Of a stretch of 36,121 bases of DNA, positions 21,862-33,800 are shown one piece after another; position 1 is the first letter of the stretch; each line of letters opens with the position of its first letter. The stretch comes from Hydrurus foetidus (Eukaryota). Under the pieces are notes generated by a model. That model was not told the DNA's origin and did no database searches. It worked only from the letters and a program-made list of their open reading frames with translations. The position numbers were made by a program, and so were the translations under genes. The stretch covers positions 1 to 36,121 of the forward strand of contig UYFQ01000765.1 of NCBI GenBank assembly GCA_900617105.1, written 5' to 3'.

Positions 21862-24800
21862 AGAGAACATATATCTATGCGACTTAGACAGAAATGTCAG
21901 TTACAAGAATGTATCGTTCGATAAATCGATCATGGTCATGAAAGTTAAGGATAAGAAGAAACTGTACACAGCTAGACAAGTTAAGTCAGCAGAGTTAGCT
22001 AGAGAGTATCAGAGAAAGGTAGGTTACGCCAGCCCAGGAAAGTTAATTAAATTAATAGGTCAGGGGAAATTAGATAAGAGCGACACAACAGCGCAAGATG
22101 TAGTTAGAGCATTAGATATTTTTGGACCAGATTTGGGTTCCCTTAAGGGGAAAACAACTAGTCACAAAGCTGAGTTAGAGGAAGAGATGCCAGTTGTAGA
22201 TAGGCAGTTCCTCAACCAGATTATGTACATAGATTTGATGTTTGTAAACTCGATACCCTATCTAGTCAGCGTTACAAATCCCTTAGAATATGTTATGATA
22301 TGTAAACTCTCACGTAAAAATAAGTCTTCCTTGTGGATGAACTTAGAGAGCAACATACATCACATTACTAAGTATGGATTTAAGATAACTATGATAAGAA
22401 TAGACGGAGAGTCGGCAGTCAATACCTTAAGTTTTGAGAGTAAGCTAGCCGCACTAGGTATTATATTAGACAGTACTGGAGCAGGAGAAGCAGTAGCTGT
22501 AGTTGAGAGGAAGATCAGAGTGATCAAGGAACGTGTTCGTGCCATCATCAACACGGTACCTTTTTCACTGAGTGAGCTACTAGAAAGTTGGTTACTTAGA
22601 TATGTTGTTAACAGATTAAATTTAGTACCAACTAGAAACAGTGTAGCTTACGTCAGCCCCAGAGAGAAATTATACGGTAGAAAGATTAACGTAGATAAGG
22701 AGTTGAAACACGGTTTCGGTGATTACGTACAAGTACATACCGACTCCGTGGATAACTCGACTAAACCCAGATCACAGGCAGCAATAGCATTAGTTAGTGC
22801 AGGCAACCTAGAAGGTTCATGGTATTATCTGCTGTTAGCTAACTTAAAAGTAGTAAACAGGACAAAGACAACTAGCTTACCAATGACAGATGATGTGATC
22901 AGTTACCTCGATAAGTTAGCACCTGAGAGGAAATTAAATATGTCAGTGAATGTTAAGCAACCTATTTTCGAACAGAGTAATCTAATCCTCTAAGACGATG
23001 GAAATGATTACTCTAACGATGAATTTGAGTTGCAAAGACCGTATGGTTGCAAACACATGATAACACCGTATAGTTACCCTACAGAAGACGAATTTGTGCA
23101 TCATGAGATAGCAAATAATTTTGACTCATACGATGGCAATTCTGATGTAGTTCACGAATCAGAGTTCGAGCAACTAACAGAATACATACCAAATGATACA
23201 TACGTTAATGAAGGAGTGGATGTAGTGTATGACGATACACCAACTCAACCCGATACATTAATGAATGATATATTTGGTGTAGACAGTGATGAAGAGGTAG
23301 ATACCCACACCACAGAAAATAGCAAGTCAGAGGAAATTCTAGATATGCAACCCAGACGTAGTGCTAGAAACCATCAGCCAGGTAGATGGAATAAGAGAAT
23401 AGTAGGTTTAAGTATACCTAGCTACAAAGATTCAGTTATGTGTAAGTACATGATGAACATGACCGTAACAGAAGGAGTACAGAAATTAGGCGAAATAGCC
23501 GTAGATTCCATTAGAAAAGAGTTACAACAGATGTGTGATAAGAATGTGTGGGAGGCAGTTCACCTCAACAGTCTTAGTTACGATCAGAGGAAAAGTATCA
23601 TAACCAGCAGTATGTTTTTAAAAGATAAGTATACAGCAGACGGTAAATTTGATAAGCTAAAATCTAGACTTGTAGCAGGAGGTCATTTACAAGATAGAAA
23701 TATATATGATAACGGTTCATCACCAACTGTTAGCACCACTAGCGTATTTATTGTTGCTGCAATTGCTGCTAGTGAAAATCGAGCGGTCGCTACGATCGAT
23801 TTTCCTGGTGCATTCCTCAACAGTGATATGCCACTAGACGGTGACCATGCAGTGCTGATGAGACTGAACAAATATTTGACTAACATATTAGTTAGCATAG
23901 ACAAGTCTTATCAGAAGTACGCAAATGAGAAAGGAACAGTAGTAGTTAAACTAAAGAAAGCATTATATGGATGTGTAGAGTCAGCTAAGTTATGGTATGA
24001 TAAAATATCATCAGATTTAACGCAGTTAGGCTATAAGGTAAATCCATCAGATATATGCGTATTCAATAGAACAGAGCTAGATTCCACTCAGACTACGTTA
24101 GTTATCCATGTTGACGATATGATGATCAGCAGCAGGGACGAAAAGCGTATAGATAGTATAATTTCAGAGATAGAAAGATTATATCCAGGCTTAACTAAGA
24201 GTAGAGGCAGAGTTTTGAATTATATAGGTATGACTTTCAACTTTGAGCAGTTAGGCAGAGTTGTCATATCCATGGAAGGTTTCATAAAAGACTTGTTAGA
24301 CGATTGCATAGAGATTGTGGGGGTGTCAAGAACACCTGCCGACGATAATCTATTTAAGATCGATCTTAACAGTCCTTTATTGAAAGATAAAGAACGTGAG
24401 AGATTCCACTCACTAACAGCTAAGTTGTTATATTTAAGTAAGAGAACCAGACCAGACATACTGACATGTATAGCATATCTAACTAAAAGAGTCCTAGAAC
24501 CTAGAACCGACGACTGGAATAAGTTAGCGCATACTATACGGTATATCAGAGAGACTAGAGCTACGCCGCTGACCCTAGAGGTAGATACTCCGGTTAAGGT
24601 TATAGCCTATATAGATGCATCATACGCTGTACATGCAGATAAGAAGAGTCACACTGGCTGTATTATAACACTAGGTAAGGGAGCAATATATGGTAAGAGT
24701 TCCACTCAGAAATTAAATACTACGTCTAGCACAGAGGCAGAACTTAGTAGCTATGACTGAAGCAGGTAATCAGGTTTTATGGACTAGGAATTTCCTTATC

Positions 24801-25058
24801 CATCAAGAGTATGAGGTAGGTCCAGCTTTAATTTACCAAGATAACCTATCCACAATTCAGTTAGTTAAGAACGGTAGGTCCAACAGTGAAAGAACTAGAC
24901 ACATAGACATCAAGTTTTTCTTCCTGCATGACCGAATTAAATCAGACCATATTATTGTAACCTACAAGAGTACCAAAGAAATGATTGCAGATTTGCTGAC
25001 CAAGCCACTGCAGGGGAAGCTATTCCAAGAGCTACGTGACCAAGTGCTCAATGTATAA
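21862..25058 (+). pseudogene. pol: Copia pol: integrase, reverse transcriptase, RNase H
   Basis: YTARQVKSAELAREYQRKVGYAS, IDLMFVN, RIDGE, VVERKIRVIKER; KSRLVAGG, IDFPGAFL, KALYG, IHVDD; YIDASYA, SSTEAE, YQDN, HIDIK, ADLLTKPL. One in-frame TAA (22991-22993) and one frameshift near 24747. Confidence 0.93.
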
Positions 25059-25567
25059 AGAAATTCAGGGGAGTTATTTATTGATTTTGACTTACCCACA
25101 TATAGCGTTTTTTTCAGATAAATTACAAAATAAAAATAAAATCTGATTTCGCTTTAAATCAACATTTGATTGATAGGACCACGAAGGACATTGATACACC
25201 GCTTCTGCGACATCGAATGTCCATGTTATAGTGGATTTAAGGGCACCAACATCGGTTGGATCGAACTCGAGACCGGTCACCAGCACACGCTTTTTGACGG
25301 ATTAGAAATAGTTTTTCTCGAGTAATACCCATCCACTCATCCAACCACCCATGTTTTATTTTACACCATATCACGATGCAACTTGTCAATAATAAAAAAT
25401 TCCGTGAAAAATATTTTCAAGAAAATTTACTGTTTACCATACCCTAACACTAAGTTCCCTATCTGAATGATGTGTGAAATATAATGAACAATAACCACTA
25501 AGTATACTATATAAGCATATGCTAATTAACATATTCACTTATTCAAACAATAAACATCATGGGGGTG

Positions 25568-25846
25568 TGTTGGAATATCCGGATTAGACTAGGATCTTGT
25601 ACCCTGTTTGATGCATGATTGTTTTCATGCACGGGTGTACGTACATTCAGCGATAACATTGACCGCAACCCTCGCACTCATGTTATGCTACCTAGATGTA
25701 ATCGACAGCATGTCACTGTCGTTTAATCCAACTTACCGAATAGAACGTTGTCTTCTCTTTTGAGCAAGCGTTGCTAGCAGTCGGAAGTGCAGGGATCGTT
25801 TGGGAACCCGGAGAAAATTCCGTGTAAATCGCCTTGATTTCCAACA
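25568..25846 (+). repeat. 3' LTR of the CoDi-like Copia
   Basis: Follows GGGGGTG (25561-25567); 8-bp inverted termini TGTTGGAA..TTCCAACA. No second copy in the window to confirm the right boundary. Confidence 0.65.
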
Positions 25847-25851
25847 GAATA

Positions 25852-28231
25852 CGGTGGCCGTCACCTATAAGCAGTAATCCTGAGTGGGGATCACGCAAAA
25901 CAGTTGCGAGGTCTCAATACGTTTTGAATTAGATTTTTATTCCGTAATAATGATGGAGAACACCATGACGAAGATTTATTACGCATCAAATATTTTTTGA
26001 AAGTTTTTGGAGGAGCAGATCCAATTTCCGTTTTCGATGTGGCCCCTGGATATGCCATCGACAAGTAGGATTTATTCTACAATGATAGCTGTGAATCATG
26101 TCAATTATTCCGAACCGAGCATTTACGTACGTACAAACTGTCACAACCCACCCTCCAAAGAAATATTTTGTGTGTGCATGTGCGCATGTCAAGTTTGATT
26201 ATGTTACTTTTTCTTCTCGCTTTTAATTGCCAAATACTTTTCATATTCCTTACATAGTTCCTCTGCCAATCCTTGAGGTACTACGCGATGGCTGGTATAC
26301 TTTCTCATCGCATAGTCCAATAGCGGACCTTCTAAGTTTTGTCTATAACCACTCATGAATCTTAAACAATGCTGTAAGTATTTCCTAACAAGACCCACTG
26401 GCAACAATTTATCAAATGTCTCTGGTAATCTAGCCTTGAGGTCCTTATAATTGTACGTACAAGTTCGACGATGATGACTTTTAGCCCAACCCCATATCAT
26501 TTCAATGTAATTAAGTTCGCAATGGTACTTCGGATAGAATATTATCTCGAATCCAGCGTCGTGGACTACCTATGTGAGCCATTCCTCCTGAGCTTCAAAA
26601 TCTGGCTTATGGGACAATACGTAACTCATACAGCATTTCTTCGCAATGTAACTCATTTCTGCACCTTTCTGTCTCTGCTTCAGTTGTCTTCATCTTACCC
26701 ACATTACACTGCAAATTACAATATGCCCCTTATCACTTTTATGCTTATTCATTTCCCTCTCAATTAAAATCTGTTTAACTCCCTTCTGCTTCCCGCACTC
26801 AGAATGCATTGATTGAACATGTCTGACATTATGTTCCGCACTCTGAAAATTCTAGAAACCATCCATCTACCATATCGACTTGAACGTGAGATGGTCGTCC
26901 GTCGCTCATCTTTAAATTTGAAATATCCATTCCTCCTGGCACCTTAAAAAAAGAAAAAGAAATTAAAAAAATAGTGAAATAGAATGATTGTGTTGCGGAA
27001 CTAAAATAACGTTGATGATAAATACCTTGGCGTGATGCGTCATAGAATTGTCGAAAGCCACCAAAATGTCACAGCCATCATGCAAATCTTTTATGAGAGG
27101 AACTATTGAATCAAACTGTGCAACTAGATTTTTATTTGTAAACCAGCCTTCGCGGGCAACACCAGCTTAAAAAAATTTATATGATTTCAGTTCACCTCTA
27201 CTGAAGAACCCATGACATTCACAACAAAAGCCGCTGACCATAGTAAACTTTCCTTTACTTTTGGAAAAAAAGTTTATTCTTTCCGTTTTCCATCCACATA
27301 AGCGGTTTCCCTTCATTGCAGTAAAACGTACTCTCATCGTGCGTGATGAGTACTACTCGCGTTTCTCCATTTGTCAGTTCTGGAGGGATCACTACCTCCA
27401 TGTCTTTTTCTTGCATACGTTTCTCATACTGTAACATGCGTGGTAAAAGCACATTATCACGGTAGTCAACGATGTCATCTCGGTTGTGACCGTCGGTATA
27501 ATACCAGCTACGGGAGCCCAACATCGCTGCAACTGCACGGCGACGTCGCGACAACAACGGCATGTCTGATTTCGGCGTGCTTTCATATCCGCTGAGAATA
27601 TGGTGTGTAGTGATGTTAGTTGTGAGTTGTAACCTGGAAATTGTTGTCATCGATCATCGAGTCGAACATTTCGCAAGTATGACGTTTTCAATTTTGAAAA
27701 AGGATTTTTCACTAATTACGGTTCAAGGTCCAAGTTCTGAACTGGAGGAAATTTTAGTTCCGAGTTCCAGGCACCTCCTCCGTCAAATATATACAGTACA
27801 TCAGAAATACGCTCAGAATCGCCATCAGACCATTATTTGACGAGAAAACACGAAAAAATGGTGGCAATCTGGATCCCCTCTGAAAATGCGATTGCAGGGA
27901 TAATTTTTTTTCATTTGTCTTCAATTTTTCGGACGATTATTTACATATGGGAGCAAAAAAAAATTGACAAAACATGGTAGAGCATTTGTCTCTCGTATCA
28001 GATGATCAATGCGCTCGAAGTTTTCTCTCACAGATCTGTCCTTTCGTATGATTCTGAGGTGAAATTTGTTGTATTTATCTACAGTATGAAGTACCGTGTG
28101 AATGTGCTAAATACGCATCTATACGGTTTGCGTACACACATTTTCCGGGTTTTAGGTACAATGATTTTTTTTTCCAGATGTGGCCCTTTTTAAAACCCCT
28201 GTCTATGATAGATTATAGGTGACGGCCACTG
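25852..28231 (-). mobile_element. IS630/Tc1/mariner-superfamily DNA transposon, internally deleted
   Basis: TA TSD (25850-25851, 28232-28233) and 19-bp TIR C(G/A)GTGGCCGTCACCTATAA enclosing DDE transposase remnants. Confidence 0.88.
26204..27520 (-). pseudogene. Tc1/IS630-like DDE transposase, multiply frameshifted
   Basis: YTDGH..LITHDESTF, MVSGFCCECHG, VAFDNSMTH, probable intron 26943-27025, KGVKQILIERG, YPKYHCELNYIEMIWGWAK. Confidence 0.85.
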
Positions 28232-28243
28232 TATACGTGGGAC

Positions 28244-29211
28244 TAGCCCCTGATAAATCCGGCTCAACCGGCTCAGAGTCATTTTTGGGTGGTGGAGCCA
28301 AATTATGGGCCGGAAAAACGGCTTCCGTTCCTTTGACTATGAAGATGGATGAGTATGCTAATTCTGATGGGGGGAAATTCCCGCCCACATCTAGGCCACA
28401 CCGAATCTGCAATGATATTGAACTTCTAATAGAAGGGGGAAAATTTAGATGCTTTTTCATAATTTCGATCCCCTCACCACTGGACCGCCACCTCAACAGA
28501 GGTATGGAGAAGATAAGTCGCCACAGATTTTTCGATTTATCTCTTTAAATATGAGTCTGGTGATGAGTCTGAGCATATTTTGACATCATTTTGATTTCTT
28601 CACTACTTCCACACTTGGACCCTAGACTGTTTTTTAACTGATTCCGGAACTTGAACACAAGCTTGCAACCCGCACGTCAGCATTGTCAGCTACTGACGAT
28701 TGATTCACATGTATATGCTCATCGATCAATGCTTACAAGACATATCTCACAATACATTGCGCCCAACTGAACAATGTCTGATAACGATTCCAGCGATGAT
28801 GAAAGCAAAGGCTATTCCGAAATAATTGTAGAACTAGCACCTCCTTCGCCCGATATTCGAGAGAAGAAGTCTCGAAAGGTGCTTCGATAGTCTACGTTTT
28901 GTTTTCTGCAGTCATGCAGTATAATAAGGTCGTAGGAATCCAGGAACTTAGAGTCATATAACTATAATACTCATTTAGATTGTAAACGGCATTTTGACTG
29001 TAAACGGTAAAAAACTATAAACGGCATTTTGATTTTAATGGCAAAATTTTACAATTAAAAAAAGTAACCTTTCCGTGGTAACCACCGCATTTAAAGAGCT
29101 ATTTAATGATGTTATCAAAAGTTACCAAATCAATAAAAAAGTGAGCCGGAAATAGAGCCGGAAATAGAGCCGGAAATGGATTTAAAAATGAGCCGGATTT
29201 ATCAGGGGCTC
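28244..29211. mobile_element. hAT-like non-autonomous element
   Basis: 8-bp TSD CGTGGGAC (28236-28243, 29212-29219), TIR (T/G)AGCCCCTGATAAATCCGGCTCA, subterminal GAGCCGGAAAT three times. Confidence 0.85.
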
Positions 29212-29750
29212 CGTGGGACACTCCTAGAGACTCCACACTTTGAACTTTGAACTTCGAACTGTGTGTTGACGATTCTGTAATCCTGGGCGAAGTACGAACC
29301 GGATAGTACAACGGCGTATCGGATCAAAGTCAAGGCTTGTGAAATAAGACTCAGCAGTCAGTAAACACTTGTTAATTGACTGTGTTTCATCCCTGCTGAA
29401 GCCCCGAGTCCCTTTCAACGCAACAACAATTACAGGTCTATCTCTCTACACTTGAAGTATAAAACAATGCACGGGTCCACACATTTTTCATCACGCACAC
29501 ACACAAACGAACAAATCCGTACGAATGCATAAGTACACATATTGTGTTCGTGTCATAAACTAAGATATATTTAGAGGATGCCGATGCGGCAGTATAGGTT
29601 CTCTGGAGCGGCAAGGAGCAAGGACCGCTGACCCGAGCGAAGAAGCAATTGCCTGCGAGACAAGCTTGTCAATTACTCTTTCACTCGACACATTACTCGC
29701 ATAAATATTCGATTTCGCGAGCTTAAAAGAGATACCTTTGCTTTTTCATC

Positions 29751-30460
29751 ATGGAGGCAGCGTCATCAGTAGTCGAGTCGGGAGTGCATCTCCCAGCATA
29801 CGAATTGATCTCTGGAGATCTGCTAAGACAAATTGAGCAAGCTAAATCAGTGGTGACAACTTCAACGGACGAACTGGTTGAATTTTACGCCATGGCGATG
29901 GCCGTTTCAGTCACCGCAACGTTGGTGGTAGACAGTTCGATAATCATCATTCCTTTATCTCCTCCAGGGGATAATGAACAGATCGACTTCACCTTTTTGG
30001 CTGGCAGCAAATCGATGTTCGTCAAGCTGCACAATACGCTGCAACCGAGGATGACCTACGGGCATGTTGCATCATATTCCACTGGAACGGTCGTCAAGCC
30101 CTTTCAAGTAGGAACAATGGTCAAATTCGCGTCTCCGATCAACTTCGTAGTCGCAAAACAACGACTCGTAATGGTTATCAGTAATGCAGCGGAAACACAA
30201 ATTGATTTGCGATTGGAGATGGTGCAGCCGGGAATAAAACGGGCGTGCATACGACAACTGGAAACGGGGGGCGAGTTGGTCGAGGATGCCGGAGAGAAAC
30301 TCAAGGGTACGTTTACATACCTGTTGGATCTCGATGGGGTAAAGCATATGACCAGAAACAAGACGGAAATACCGCAGAGGAAAAGAGACCTTTACTTTCT
30401 ATTCCGCGCTATGGACAGCAGAAGATGGGACTACAGCATAAGCACGACTTGGTGCTACAA
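29751..30460 (+). pseudogene. Probable N-terminal Gag of a second YR retrotransposon, truncated near the Gypsy insertion
   Basis: ATG-initiated GC-rich ORF whose annotated tail runs into the Gypsy LTR. Upstream DNA resembles A2, and the last residues (DLVLQ in a shifted frame) are compatible with the LQVEEY start of the first element's Gag remnant. Confidence 0.45.
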
Positions 30461-30490
30461 ACAGTACAGTGTGGTAGTTCCGGGTCCAAG

Positions 30491-30778
30491 TGTAGCCTCA
30501 CTGTATCTGTACTGCATGTACGGATACACTGTGACTGTATACTATACCTGTACTGTAGATTCTAGAACGGACCCAAAGTCCGGTACAGTTTCCTTTTCTT
30601 TTCGTTTCCACGCGAGTACACATCACTGTAGATACTACTGCTTGTTTCTCGCTGTAAACTATAAGAATACTCTTCCACCTTCGCCTACGTCTTCGTTTCC
30701 GCCTCCGTCCTCGTCCATCGTCCTCGTCCATCGTCCTCGTCCAACGTCCTTTGGTCACCAACGACCATAATATCGATA
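30491..30778 (+). repeat. Gypsy 5' LTR (right boundary approximate)
   Basis: First 140 bp match 35982-36121 with one mismatch. Candidate PBS TGGTTCCTACGACC at 30781. Confidence 0.75.
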
Positions 30779-30846
30779 TTTGGTTCCTACGACCAAAATT
30801 CTTTTCTTCAACTCATCCATCTTTTCTCGGGAAATTTTTCGGATCA

Positions 30847-33800
30847 TGGCAATTCGCCGCATCCGTGCCAAAGCCTCGGCTAAGGCAACCACCAACGCTA
30901 AGGCAACCACCAACACCACCGACAACACCAGCGCCATCTTAAGACGAGCTCAGCCGCGCGCTGTCGCCGTCGCAGCACGGAAGGCGTATCTCAAGCATAC
31001 GCAGCGCAATGTCCAAGACATAGAGTCTCCTGGATCACCTGCGATTCAGGACCCCGCCGGAGACCTGTCTGCGCCGGCGTCTCAGCCGACGTCGGGGCCT
31101 GCGGTCGTGTCTGCTATTGATGTGCCTGTCATTTCTGCGTTGTCTGCTTTATCGCTTTCACCAGCTTCGGCTGCGATACCAGCTTCGGCTGCGATACCAG
31201 CTTCGGCTGAGATCACGTCGACTTCGGTCGATAGATCTGCTAATCAACGTGCTTTGGCACCACCAACTCAGTACGTGCAAGTTGGTGAGAAAGCTCCTAA
31301 GTTGAGCGCCAAGCCGTCTTGGCAAGAAGTTCAAAGAGTTTCAGAGGTTCTCCTCTCGAATGGAACGCCGTTTCGGCCAGTTGATGTCGTTCATCACAGC
31401 AACTTCCAATCTTTTAAAACCCTTTTGCAACTTCGATTTGCAACCGACCCTGATCGTCGAGACAGTTGTAACAACTGGAGAAACTGGACTAATCAGAATT
31501 TTTGTAGAGAATTGAATTTGGCAATTCCTGCAACTGCGACGTCCAGAACGGATAAACTAGGATTCATTGAATCCATTACTCAGGTTCAAATTCAATTTGA
31601 CCTGAAGAACCCATCAGTGGAAGAAAAGACAGACCAGCTTTTAGCTGATATTGTCGATGCATTCCCTGAGGTGTCAGCTGCCATGCAGTTAACAGCAACT
31701 AAAATTCTTATTGATAAGTTGCCAGCTGAACCCATTAATTGGAGGTCAGTTTTGTACCGCACTCTCGATAGAACGCCACGTCTTATCACGGTCGATGATT
31801 TTCGATTCGTGTGGCGTGCGCAACTAAGAAAGCTACGAGAAGCAATTGATGCTTTACGGTTTGTAGACGTTCACCCGACTTATGGCGATCATTCTCGCCA
31901 GATCAAAAACTCTAACCGTCCTCCTCAAGAGCCACGAATTAAAAACGGCAACGAGAGGACGAGAAGCCTGAGCAATCTGACAAACCCCACTGTACCGGCT
32001 GTGGGAGACTTGGCCACTTAGTAGCCACTTGTCGGTTCGGCTCTTCTCCGTACTTTAACAGTACCGAGAAACCTTTCCTTCAGTCGGAAGGAGGCAAAGA
32101 TCTTTTGAAGATCGATCCCAAAGCGACGTTCATTCCAAACGCGTACGGAACATCTTCTTTTTCCGCTTCCTCCTCTTCTTCTGCGTCTTCTAAGACCGCT
32201 GCTTCGTCAGCAGACACTACTCGTGTCGCGAAGAAACAAAAAGGTGACTACGTTTACAACCTTAATATGTCGTCAATTGACAACCCTTCCGTTTCATCGG
32301 ATAAACATCTTATCCCTTTCTTTATTTCTCATATTTCTCAGCAAACTTCGCTGGAAGAGAAAAATAGAGTCTTCACTCTATTGGATACGGGATCGATCGC
32401 CAGCAATTTCATAGCTAGGCGTGTTATAAATAATCTTAACTTAACACAACATGTTTCTAAATCATCTAAGAAAGCGTGTAAAGTTTGTAGTGGTTTAGAT
32501 AATCATTGCTATGAAATTTCTGAAACCATCGACTTAAAACTTTCTTATTTTTGCCCTGATTTAAATAATTATTCTTCTTTCCAAATCACGGCTTATGTTT
32601 TAGAACAAACACAAATTGATCTGATAGTGGGAAGAAAAATTATACGAGATTTAGATCTATTCTCGATTTTCCCAGATCAAATAAAATCCAGCACTTCATC
32701 GCGACCAACCCCAATAAAGGGAGTCTCGACTTCTGAAGATGTGGTCATGACATGTGGCTGTCAGCCTGAAGAGACTTTGCAAACCTCTAAAGGAACCCCA
32801 AAAGATCTTTCATTAACCCAAATGAAAGATCCGGCAGTCACCCAAACACATGTCATACTAGCTTCGTTAATTCAAGAGTCGGAACAACTATTTGGAGTTG
32901 TGCCGCCTGATGAAGATGAAATTGATGATTCATTAAATGACTCCTTTTCACCATGGATTAATGAATTTCTTGATACAGATTCACTCTCGCTAATACACAT
33001 AGCAGGTGATGAAGATCAGAAAAATAAACTCCGTTTACTATGTAACGAATTTAGGGATATATTTAGCAGTGAGCTTCCGGCTAGCCCTGCTGATATCCCA
33101 CCGTTTGAACTTAACGTGGATGACGTAAAATGGAAAGTCTCCCGTAATAGAACACCTCCTCGACCTCAATCCACTGCAAATCAAGCTGACATTATACGTC
33201 AACTCGCGAAACTTGAAGAGCAAGGGATTATCGAGAAATCAAATGCGGCTTATTACAGCCAAGTGCTTATGGTTCCAAAGTCTGACGGAACCAAACGCAT
33301 GTGTATAGATTATCGAAATCTTAATGATTGTACCGAAGATGCATCATGGCCCATTCCTAACATAAATGAAATGTTACGTCGAATTGGTGCTCATAAAGCT
33401 AAAGTATTCGCTACACTTGATCTCACTCAAGGATATCATCAAGCACCGCTTACACTGGCAGCACGCGCATACACTGCATTCATACTTTTCTGTGGCGTGT
33501 ATCAATTCACTCGTCTGCCCTTTGGGCCTAAACGAGCTCCTTCTTATTTTCAACAGACCATGGCAACTGTTGTATTAGCTGGATTGATTTACACTATATG
33601 CGAAATGTACATTGATGATTGCAATGTTTTCGGCAAAGACACTGACGAATTAGTTTTTAGACTCCGTCTTGTTTTCAACGCTTTCGACAACATAAAATAT
33701 TTCTTAAACCAAATAAATGTTATCTTGGCTATTCCGAAATTGATTATGTTGGCAAAGTCCTTTCTGCTGAAGGACTAAAAATGTCACAAGAAAAAATACG

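Larger units (their letters stand above)
21862..25846 (+). mobile_element. Ty1/Copia retrotransposon (CoDi-like), 5'-truncated
   Basis: Integrase - RT - RNase H order, then 3' UTR, G-rich PPT and a TG..CA LTR. No gag, protease or 5' LTR. Confidence 0.9.

Noticed and set aside
28219..28548. 109-aa and 97-aa overlapping ORFs
   Set aside because: They span the Tc1 TIR, the TSD and the hAT-like TIR, so they cannot predate the insertions.
28929..28943. GGTCGTAGGAATCCA resembling the reverse complement of the Gypsy PBS-like motif
   Set aside because: A short gapped match in an unrelated element with no tRNA structure; probably chance.
30491..30770. C-terminal third of the 339-aa ORF
   Set aside because: It is read-through into the Gypsy LTR.
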